DNA of 64,000 nt, taken from positions 62,001 to 126,000 of IMG/VR virus record IMGVR_UViG_3300018080_000098; one strand, written 5' to 3'. A program made the position numbers and the translations under genes. Under the pieces are notes generated by a model that had not been told where the DNA came from, made no database searches, and was given only the letters and a program-made list of their open reading frames with translations. Below are positions 37,937 through 46,800 of this stretch, in pieces. Position 1 is the stretch's first letter. Each line of letters starts with the position of its first letter.

Positions 37937-38037
37937 GCGGCTGCCTCCCTGAACTGTTTCCGTTTGTAAACGGTTGGTTTTACTGCCGTGAAATCCTGAA
38001 GCAGGTGCAAAAGAACACACCCAGCCTTCACTGTTTC

Positions 38038-38052
38038 GCTATACAATAACTT
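38038..38052 (-). promoter_or_regulatory. Putative promoter/operator motif B (AAGTTATTGTATAGC)
   Basis: Matches the 55324 copy at 13 of 15 positions; intergenic. Confidence 0.5.
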
Positions 38053-38100
38053 GGTTTTTTGTGGGATAGAGAGGAGGGAAAGGAAGGGATTTCTGGCAGG

Positions 38101-38565
38101 CTACGTTTCCGACTCGCGTTCCACCGCGACCTGGTCGAAGGAAGCATCGTCTACCCTGTCCAGAGCCTCGTTTACCGCAGGTGCCGACATGTGCCACACG
38201 TGCCCTTCCCACCCCGAATCGTACTCCTCACCCTCCACCTCCTGAGTACTCCTAACGAACTCGTGGTTGTGCTCGAGGTACCAAGCCCGCAGAAGGTCGT
38301 CAGCACGATTCAGAATCGAGTTCCGGGTCTCGTGGCCCAGTTGCGAAATCATGAGCGCCGCTTTGGGGCGGTCTCCACTTCGGTGATCTACCATCACCCC
38401 GACGTACACCGGGTCGTCGTCATCGAGGTCCATTTGGCCACCACCAGAAACTACCACCACATTGCTCAGGAAATCCACGAGGTCGTCCACCTCGGGGTCC
38501 TTCCGAATGTAGTCAGCACGTTTCCGCTGTTTTTTCCAGCCCTTCAGTTTCTGTGGAGTCGACAT
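38101..38565 (-). CDS. Hypothetical protein (154 aa, MSTPQKL...)
   Basis: ATG 38565 with GAGGAG SD just after the stop of the upstream gene. Confidence 0.75.
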   Translation of the reverse strand: MSTPQKLKGWKKQRKRADYIRKDPEVDDLVDFLSNVVVVSGGGQMDLDDDDPVYVGVMVDHRSGDRPKAALMISQLGHETRNSILNRADDLLRAWYLEHNHEFVRSTQEVEGEEYDSGWEGHVWHMSAPAVNEALDRVDDASFDQVAVERESET

Positions 38566-38576
38566 TCTCACGCTCC

Positions 38577-41369
38577 TCACGGATACTCGATGGTCACCTG
38601 GTAGAAGTGGACCGCTTTGTTGTGCCTGCACTGGCAAGGCATGTGCAAGATGGCGAACAGGAAGCTCGTACCAATTTCTGCTGGGATGGGTGACCAAATA
38701 ATTTCTGCGAACAGCCCGAGCTCGCCTATGGGCGCGGTTACTACTTCCTTTGGAACTCTACACCAATAGGTAACTTCCCACGGGTCCATTGGGTAGTTGG
38801 TGGTATCGTACGTAATTTGTGTTATGCGGCTTCGATATATCTCGTTGATCAATGCGGTGTCTGCAGTGTTCACCGGAACAACTGTAGTGGGGGCCGTGGG
38901 CACAAATCCGCCGGTTCCCACCGCGAATTCGGTGATCGCGTAGATGGTGCCGTCTACTGCCGATCGGGCGATGTACCCGGCTGGGAAGGGATCGTCCGCC
39001 AGGTCGGTAAGCTGCAGATCACTCGCTCCCGGAGTGCCCGATAGAATAGGTGCTGTTTGCAGCTGTACTCGAACCTGGGTAAGGAACGCCTCTCCCTCGA
39101 GGACCACCATCCCGTATTCGGCTCCATCAATTTCTGCGATGGTCCAGGGAGCTCCGCTGAAGGGAGAGGTGAAGTACTCTTCCCGGAGCTCGAACCAGCT
39201 CCCACCAGTGTTCCCGATGGAGAAGGTCTTCCCCACGTACGTTTCGCCGCCATAGCGAATGAGCGGCGCCACGACCGCAGTTGTGGTAGCTCCGCCCAGC
39301 CTCACGATGCAACGTACCTGCACAGCGTACGCTTGCTCTCCTGGAGGGAAAGCTCCTACTGGTGGGCCTACGGTGAACGTGCCGTACTGGGTGGTCCCTA
39401 CTGCAGTAGCGTCCGCTCCCAGGTAGCTCGTGTTGTAATCGGGAGGAGTTTCGTCCACGTTCTGCCAACGAGAGCCTGGAACTTGTGGGGGCACCTGTAC
39501 CGGGTAGTCTTGGTGGTAGCCATCAGCGGTGGGTAGCATATCGAAGGTGTTCAGGGGCGTGTGTTTCTGGAACACCTCGGCAGCTACCGTGGTGACGCGC
39601 AAGTCGCCGTCCAGGTTCTTCACCCCTACCTCGAGCAGGTCCACCTGCGCAGAGTTCCAAGACGTGTACCCCGGGGACCCAGATGGCCATCCAGTAGAAG
39701 GGTCGTTGATGAACTCCTCCTCAATCAGATGCCACTTGCCATCTGCTGGGATTTCCCAACCTTCATCACTGTGAGCTCCCAGATAGTTCGTTCCTGCTGA
39801 GCGACTTACCACAGCACAGCGCGCAACGTTCTCTCCCATGTTTTTGACCAGACAGCTGGCCTGCACCCGGTCGATATTGGGAGGGTAGGTAGGCGTCGTA
39901 AAATTTGAGAGCGTAAAAATGGATATGGGGAGCCAACCGTTCTCCTGGTACGCCAAGGATAACCCGTCGTCGCCCACCACAAAGATGTTGGTTGCCAGGC
40001 TTCCCCAGATACCGTAGAGGTGCTCCGTACGGAAGGAGGGCTTCTCCTGCCACAGCGCGCCATCCCAGCGAAGGGTCAAGCCGTTCTCCCCCACAACGAG
40101 CACGTCGGTGCTACTGCCACCCCACACACCTTGTAGGGATTCCACTGTACCGGATGCCATCGGTGCCCAGACTGCACCGTTCCAGTGTAGGATTGTTCCA
40201 GCGAACCCGACTGCGAAAACATCCGACGCGGCGGTACCCCACACACCGAACAGGTCTCGGATGGTTCCACTAACAAGAGGAGCCCAGACGGCTCCGTTGT
40301 AGTAGATGATTTCGCCCGTGTCACCCACGACGAAGATGTTGTTCGCATCAGCACCCCAGATGGCGTAGAGGTCTTGCGCAGACCCCGATGCCATAGGAAC
40401 CCAGGTAACACCATCCCAGTTGGTGACGAGCCCGTTTCTGCCCACTGCGAAGACGTTGTTGGTTGCGGTGCCCCAGACTCCTCGCAGCTGCTCGAGGGTG
40501 TTCGAGGTCAAATCTGTCCAGGAGGTACCATCGTAGTGGAGGATAGTGCCTAGGTTTCCTACGGCGAACATGTCGTTGTTCGCGGTGCCCCACACTCCGT
40601 ACAGGTCTTTTTCGGTACCCGAATCTTGCTCATCCCACGTCGAGCCATCCCAGTAGAGGATGGTTCCGCCATCGCCCACAGCGAACACATCGTTGCTGGC
40701 GAAGCCGTACACGTCCCGGAGTGTCTCGGTAACTTCGGTGTCCAGCACCTGCCAAGCGGTAGTAGAGTAGATGTAGCTGCCGTCTCCGTCGAATTTGCCG
40801 ACGGACATGTGGGCGCTGGCAGTACCTGGGTAGTTGTGCCACTCCTGGAAGGAAGGGTTGATGCCGTTGGCTGCCATGGTTTGGTGCGAATAGAGCTCGG
40901 TGTGGACCTGAATTTCGAGCTTCGTACAGCGAAGTTCTGATCCTTCTACATAGACAAGTCCTGCTTCAACACCGTTGAGGCTGGTGGAGTTCCAGGCGGT
41001 TCCGTTGGGGCCTTGAAAGTAGGTGGCTGGTATTTCGATGTAGGTGTTGGAGGAGATAGTGATCTCTTCGCTATCGTAGTCTACACCTAGTTGCCGGACA
41101 CGAAGCTTAAATTTTGTGGGAAGAGCGCCGTTGACACGCACTGTTGCAATGAGAGTTGCGCTGCCCACTCGAGTAGGTCGTACGTACGATCCGGAAGAAG
41201 TATCGCTAAAGCAGACCGTAAAAGCGCCAGGCTCAGTTGTGTAGACGTAAGCAGTATCTCCATCAGAGTCCGCTTCATTGAGATTAGCCCAGAATGGATT
41301 TGCATTGTTGCTCGTCCAGTAGGTTGCGTACCGTCCTACGTTGTCTGGTCTGAGGATTTGGAGCGCCAT
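38577..41369 (-). CDS. Tail/baseplate appendage protein: three repeated beta-domains, inserted 7-blade propeller, C-terminal tail-collar-like (DUF3751-like) domain
   Basis: Seven 39-aa LxGVWG....DVFAVG..GTIL.WDG..W repeats; C-terminal ITEFAVGTGG...DTALINEIYR...IGELGLFA. Confidence 0.82.
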   Translation of the reverse strand: MALQILRPDNVGRYATYWTSNNANPFWANLNEADSDGDTAYVYTTEPGAFTVCFSDTSSGSYVRPTRVGSATLIATVRVNGALPTKFKLRVRQLGVDYDSEEITISSNTYIEIPATYFQGPNGTAWNSTSLNGVEAGLVYVEGSELRCTKLEIQVHTELYSHQTMAANGINPSFQEWHNYPGTASAHMSVGKFDGDGSYIYSTTAWQVLDTEVTETLRDVYGFASNDVFAVGDGGTILYWDGSTWDEQDSGTEKDLYGVWGTANNDMFAVGNLGTILHYDGTSWTDLTSNTLEQLRGVWGTATNNVFAVGRNGLVTNWDGVTWVPMASGSAQDLYAIWGADANNIFVVGDTGEIIYYNGAVWAPLVSGTIRDLFGVWGTAASDVFAVGFAGTILHWNGAVWAPMASGTVESLQGVWGGSSTDVLVVGENGLTLRWDGALWQEKPSFRTEHLYGIWGSLATNIFVVGDDGLSLAYQENGWLPISIFTLSNFTTPTYPPNIDRVQASCLVKNMGENVARCAVVSRSAGTNYLGAHSDEGWEIPADGKWHLIEEEFINDPSTGWPSGSPGYTSWNSAQVDLLEVGVKNLDGDLRVTTVAAEVFQKHTPLNTFDMLPTADGYHQDYPVQVPPQVPGSRWQNVDETPPDYNTSYLGADATAVGTTQYGTFTVGPPVGAFPPGEQAYAVQVRCIVRLGGATTTAVVAPLIRYGGETYVGKTFSIGNTGGSWFELREEYFTSPFSGAPWTIAEIDGAEYGMVVLEGEAFLTQVRVQLQTAPILSGTPGASDLQLTDLADDPFPAGYIARSAVDGTIYAITEFAVGTGGFVPTAPTTVVPVNTADTALINEIYRSRITQITYDTTNYPMDPWEVTYWCRVPKEVVTAPIGELGLFAEIIWSPIPAEIGTSFLFAILHMPCQCRHNKAVHFYQVTIEYP

Positions 41370-41380
41370 GAGGGACTACC

Positions 41381-41881
41381 TTAGAACTGCACGTTGACGC
41401 GAAAGGCGTACTTCATGGAGCTGTTTTTGCAGATGAGTGGGAAGTGCGCGATGGCTGCAAGGAAGACGGTGCCCACTTCGGATGTGATGGGGGAGCATTT
41501 GATTTCGGCCCAGATGCCTACTTCACTGAGGCGTTCGTTGGCTTCGGTAGTATCGAGTAAGCAGTACACGCAGGCTGCGTTGTCGTTGGGGTGCTCGTAC
41601 TCTGTGATGGCTTTAGTGGGACTACCTCCGATGTTGATGGGGAGCTCGAGCTGCACAGCATCGGGGTTGACGGGAGTGGATACGAGGTAGTCGAAGGGAT
41701 CAAGTCCTCCTTGGCCGACGGAGAACTCTATGGTCTCGAAACCCGTTCCATCTACCTTTCCACGAGCGAGCAGAGCTCGAGCTCGGGAGGTTACTTCGGC
41801 GTCTGTTTCCAGTAGCAGGAAGGTGCTCGGGTCTCCTCCGAAGACTGCGGAACCGAATTCTGAAGTGCCGAAGATGCCCAT
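41381..41881 (-). CDS. Tail-collar-fibre-like (DUF3751-like) protein
   Basis: VT..ARALLA...FSVGQGG..P...L.....LSEVGIWA....FLAAIAHFP; paralogous to 49318..49749. Confidence 0.7.
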   Translation of the reverse strand: MGIFGTSEFGSAVFGGDPSTFLLLETDAEVTSRARALLARGKVDGTGFETIEFSVGQGGLDPFDYLVSTPVNPDAVQLELPINIGGSPTKAITEYEHPNDNAACVYCLLDTTEANERLSEVGIWAEIKCSPITSEVGTVFLAAIAHFPLICKNSSMKYAFRVNVQF

Positions 41882-41884
41882 ATG

Positions 41885-43135
41885 TTAGCCGTTGGTACCG
41901 ATGGCTGCTCCAAGGTCGTCCATTTCGTAGTTCATAAGAGCAGCATATAAAAAAGGAACTCCTGTAGTGTTGGCTGTAGCTGTACGGAACCTCAGAGAGT
42001 AGGAGTGGCCGGTTCTGTCGATGTTGAACGATCCGGAGAGTGTGATAGTATTCACTCCCATGTCGGAAGCATAGGCAGTGGACAACACAGTAACGCTACT
42101 TCCTACTCCAGTATCTTTTTCTAGAAGCTCCAAACGGGGGCGCTGGCCTATAACGCCTGGCAATACTCCACCTCCCCAGTAGCCCCACACTTGCACTGAT
42201 TTCAGGACAGCCCGATTGGGAAGTGGGAGCGGGATAGCCAAGCGTTTGTCGTAGGAGTTGGAGCCAGTTTCGGTGCACTGCCAATAAATAGAAACTGGTG
42301 CAGAGTCGTCTGTGATATTGTAGAAGAAGTCTGGTTCGTACGTGCCTGCATCGAGGGTGTGCTGAGTGACGTAGGTAGCCGGGTCGAGGTACATCCGTAC
42401 CGGCCGTACAGAGCTCAGCATTAAGGTGTAGCGGTTGCCTTCAGTGAGAGATGAGTTGAAGGTGGTTATGTAAAGAGCGCTCCCCGAGCTTGAGTTGCAG
42501 TCACTAGTTACTTTCACTCCATGACCAGAGCTGTTGTTCTGGAGCACCTCCAACGCAGGGCCAGATGCTGCGCAGGTTACCAACGCAGCCCCTTCTGTAT
42601 CCGATGCGTTCTTGTTTTCGACGTGCAGTATAGGGGAGTCTGCTACCGCTTGGTCGCGGTCTACAACGAACCCGTAGTCGGTCGTAGCAGTCTGCGTGTA
42701 CGTCAACGGAGATGCGTTGATATCGAGCGCCTGGTCCAGTGCGTAGAGACCGTCCCAACTGTTGATGCCGGTGGCTGCCAGGTCGGTAAACGTTCCTACC
42801 GGATCGCCCGCTTTGTGGTAAGAAACGTTCCCAGTGCCGCTATCGATGAATATCCCACCTTCCGCCTGCAACCCTGGCCACACTGCGTGGCTTCCTGCCA
42901 TGCGGACGCCCTGGTTGGGTACACCACTCACCGTGAGCAGCCCCCAATCTACAGAGGTGACAGCGGGGTCGTCTAGCTTCCCCACACGCGTTTGCACAGC
43001 TACCAGTGCATCATCTGTGTTGTTACGGTACTCCGCAGCAATGTTGCGCGCAGGGTCGGCGGGAGGAATCACATCGACTTTCGTAGGGCCTAAAGTCGTT
43101 GCGTCGTCGAAGTCAGTAGGATATTTTGTGCTCAT
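41885..43135 (-). CDS. Short fibre / receptor-binding-like protein (416 aa)
   Basis: MSTKYPTDFD...DALVAVQTRVG anchor; middle and C-terminal modules shared with 29892..34616. Confidence 0.75.
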   Translation of the reverse strand: MSTKYPTDFDDATTLGPTKVDVIPPADPARNIAAEYRNNTDDALVAVQTRVGKLDDPAVTSVDWGLLTVSGVPNQGVRMAGSHAVWPGLQAEGGIFIDSGTGNVSYHKAGDPVGTFTDLAATGINSWDGLYALDQALDINASPLTYTQTATTDYGFVVDRDQAVADSPILHVENKNASDTEGAALVTCAASGPALEVLQNNSSGHGVKVTSDCNSSSGSALYITTFNSSLTEGNRYTLMLSSVRPVRMYLDPATYVTQHTLDAGTYEPDFFYNITDDSAPVSIYWQCTETGSNSYDKRLAIPLPLPNRAVLKSVQVWGYWGGGVLPGVIGQRPRLELLEKDTGVGSSVTVLSTAYASDMGVNTITLSGSFNIDRTGHSYSLRFRTATANTTGVPFLYAALMNYEMDDLGAAIGTNG

Positions 43136-43166
43136 GAGCGAGCGCCTTCACGGTGGGGGCAGGGAA

Positions 43167-43481
43167 CTATTGCTGTTGCTGCTGAGGCGGCGCGTCTACC
43201 GTGTCGCCCGTCTCGAGGTTCAGCTCCTTCCCTTCCGGTACCTCCAACACCTTTTTGAGTTTGTCGTATCGGGGTTTGTAGATAGCGCGAAGCTCTTCGT
43301 GGTCTCTACTAACCAACAGTTTGTTGGTTTCTAGCAGCTGCGCTTCCGTGCTGAGCCTCGCTTGCCGCTCCTCGAAAACACCCACCTGTTTGGCGAGTGC
43401 TGCCATCTTCAGTTGTAGCACGAACAGCTCCTGCTGCTCTTGCTTCGGATCGTATTCAGTTTCAGCGTTTTTCTCGTCCAT
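43167..43481 (-). CDS. Small coiled-coil protein (possible fibre assembly chaperone)
   Basis: Helical, ends ELNLETG; similar layout to 43485..43781. Confidence 0.7.
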   Translation of the reverse strand: MDEKNAETEYDPKQEQQELFVLQLKMAALAKQVGVFEERQARLSTEAQLLETNKLLVSRDHEELRAIYKPRYDKLKKVLEVPEGKELNLETGDTVDAPPQQQQQ

Positions 43482-43484
43482 TCT

Positions 43485-43781
43485 TTAACCTCTAGTGATG
43501 ATGCCTGTTTGTACGTCCACTTTGTCTTTACCCGGAGTCAGGTTGTACTTCTCGTTCAGCTGAGACATGAGGCGGCTCAGTTGGGCTTCGGCAGCTTCCT
43601 TCTCGCGCTCCCTTTCTCCCACTCTTGCCTGTGCGAGCTGCATTTGCAGGTCGGCGTTGTCACGGGCGCCGATCGCTACTTGGATAACGAGTCGGTCCGC
43701 TACCTCTACCGTCTCTTGAGGAGAGGATTCTTTTTTCTTGGCTGCAGATTTCTTCTTAGGTGCTTTCTTCTTTGTTGGCAT
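43485..43781 (-). CDS. Small coiled-coil protein (possible fibre assembly chaperone)
   Basis: Lys-rich N-terminus, coiled coil, ends KYNL....VDVQTG.I. Confidence 0.7.
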   Translation of the reverse strand: MPTKKKAPKKKSAAKKKESSPQETVEVADRLVIQVAIGARDNADLQMQLAQARVGEREREKEAAEAQLSRLMSQLNEKYNLTPGKDKVDVQTGIITRG

Positions 43782-43829
43782 TTCAAATACCTCTTGTGCT
43801 GTTGTCGGTTGGTCTACCGGTCTGTACCT

Positions 43830-43839
43830 ATTTTACAAG
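43830..43839 (-). promoter_or_regulatory. Putative promoter motif A (CTTGTAAAAT)
   Basis: Third identical copy; shares CATCTTGTAAAAT with the 9700 copy. Confidence 0.55.
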
Positions 43840-43848
43840 ATGGTGTGG

Positions 43849-46800
43849 CTACTTTTTCGATTTCAGAAGGGGGCGCCCCTTGGGCCAGAAGGCGTCGATG
43901 GCGGTGCCGTCGAGATCGTCCTGTGTGTAGGCCCCCGAAGCAGCCCCCACCCCTCCAGTAGGCCCACCGGACATTTGGATCACCAATTGATTTTTGTATG
44001 TATCTGCGGTTGGGTTGACCAATAGCCCGAAGCAAACATATGCCATCGGGCCTCCGTGGTCGCTGCTGTAGTAGACTCGACCGCTGTCTGAGAACAACGG
44101 CTCTCCCGGCATGTAGGGATACGCTCCCGGCGTCAGGTCGTTATTGTCCAGCAGAAGGTGTGCATCCTTGCACACGTCGGCCAACGGGGTGCCTGTCCCG
44201 GGTACCAGTACCGGCATATTGTAGCGATACGAAATGCTGGCACCGCCAACTCCGCTGAGGTAGATTCCTCGGCCCGCGTTTCTGCTGTCGGAGGTTGCGG
44301 TTAACAGACCTTCCAACGTTGCAATCGTTGCAGGAGACCATGCGGGATACTCGATTTGGAGGCCCTTCAGCGAAGTAACACCGATGGATTGGGAGTCCTC
44401 AAGCGTTGCTGGTTCGGGGAAAAAAACGGCTCCGGTAGCCCATGTAAGTAGTCTTCGGTGGGCCGACGAGCCAAATGGTATAGTGACAATATCGGTTACT
44501 CTCCCTACATGGAACTCTGCTTCTGTACCTGTATTTTTGTTATACACCTCTTCCGTATCTATAGCTGCATAGCTGCCATAGATGTACCCATCATTGGCAG
44601 CAGGTTGCACGTACGAAACAAGCGTTGCGGTATTTACTCGATTTGCATTGTCACTGTTAGCTAGGTACCACTCGATTATACTACCAGGATTAACAGTGTA
44701 GTACACATCTCGCCGAGCTCCTGCTAGCGTTAAATCTTGCAAGGACGTCCACTTAGGGTCTGCTGAACCTACGGGGGTCAGATATTTGGATGGTAATGTG
44801 GACCCTCCGGATATAGGGAGCTGCTTTCCATTGTTTTCCCACAAGGTAGTAAACCACAATGTAAGAAATTCATCTATGTCGGCGTACACCGCTAACCGTT
44901 TGACTACCTGCGATCCTTTAACACGGGGATCGATATACAAGTCTAGCTGCTGTGCTGCTCCAGAAGTTTCCCACCTACTTGTAGTGAGCTCACCTGTTGT
45001 GTACGGCCCTGCAGTGTACATAAAAGGTGTTATAACAGCGCCCTCTTCTTGCTGTGCGGGTGCTCCTACTGTGCATAGGGGTGTGAGGCTGTTCACAAAT
45101 TGGTCTATACGAGGGACAGGTACGGATGGCGGCGCTACCGGTTCGTAACCGGGAGCGTAGCAACGGTACCCAGAAGCTACTCCTGCTCTAGCAGGGTCGA
45201 AGTCGAAATTCATTGCGCCTGTGTGGTAAGCGCTTGCGAACATACTAGTGTTAATGGGGAACGGCATACGCAACATAGAAGCTGCGTTACACGTATGGTT
45301 GGCTAGTACTCTCGAAGTGAGATCTGTAGTTCCTCCTCCTTGTATTCCTTTCACAACGATCGTTTCGTTGTACATTTCGAAGCGCGCACTTCCGAGTAGT
45401 GCGGAAGCTGCTCCGAGTCCAACGTGGTTCGCTGGGATACCTGTCCAGGAGTCAACTCCAGAAAAGTACGAGCACGCCCCTGATTGGGACACATAGAAAT
45501 CGCTGTTCGCTTCCACCTTGCCATGCAGCAGTTCTTTGCACTTGGGCAGCGCTGTACCGATGGTGGCTTGCTGCTCTCCATCAGAGCTCAGTCCCTGGTA
45601 AGGTGTATACGTGTAATGTATTACACACCTATCGGATGCTGCTGTACTCAACGCCTTGTGCGCCGGTACGATAACCAAGGCGTACTGGGAGAAGTCATCC
45701 GATTTGTAGGACACCAGGTTGCTGTGCTCATGCCCAGCTTCGGTTGTCTCTGGAAGAACTCCGATGGGAACGTTTCGTACGAGGTTCCAGTCTGCACCAA
45801 GAGCAGCCCGTGTCCAACAAATAGGCATCGCCTCGCTGGTGGTGTTTCCGCCTACGCTGACGTTTCTCCAGGTAGCTCCCCCGATGCTGTACGAGAAGTC
45901 ACCACTAGGAGCGGGTACTGTGTGGTCGATGTCAAGCTCTTCCCACTCGAAGTATGCCTGAACCGATTTGCCTCCTCTGCCTACTTCCACCCACTTGTTC
46001 ATATCACTCGTCGAGAAGAAAACTGGCATGTCGACTGAGCCAGTGAAAACCCCTGCGCCAAAGTCTACGACGATGGTGTCACGCGCGTCGTTCATGGTGA
46101 CAGTAGCCGGGCCTAAAAGCACAGTTGGGTCTTCGGCAACAGCCGACAGTCGGTCTACGCCCATAAGAGTGACAGTTCCGGATATTCCGGACGCTGCAGT
46201 CACATCGGCGTCTGTGATAGTAATCGAAGTACCCACGATCGGCTTCCGCACGGTTGTATACATCGGCCCAACATGAAGCTCCTCATCGGTGCCACCTGGG
46301 TCCTTGACCACCTTGTGTACAGTATCCGGAATCCCAGATAGCCCGTAGTTGGCCGAATAGTTGCTGCCGGTGAAGCTCCTATCGAAGTGCACCCACCACG
46401 TTAGGACTGCCGTTCCACTTGTGATGCCGGTGGTGTCGATCTCCCCCGTCATCTCGATAGCACGCCCCTTTGCATCAGTGACGGTTACATCGAACCCCTG
46501 ACCACCAGTATAGGGCCGCGTGATGTCGGGGTAGTAGTAAAAAGATATCTCGTCTTCGGTCCCCGCAGGAACCGGTGGTACCACTACCGGAGGGGTTCCG
46601 GAAGAGTCAATCCATTTTGCTGCTGCAGGTGATGGGTGAACAGGGTTTCCCGTGGTGAGGAGCCTCTCCTGCTGGGTAGTCCAGCAGGGGGGACCATAAA
46701 ATTTGAGGTAAGCGATTGAGCCTTCATCCGCCCCAGTGTATAGCATCGCAGGGGTGTGCCGCACGATTTGTGCGTACGCAGTAGGAAAACCAGGAGCCCT

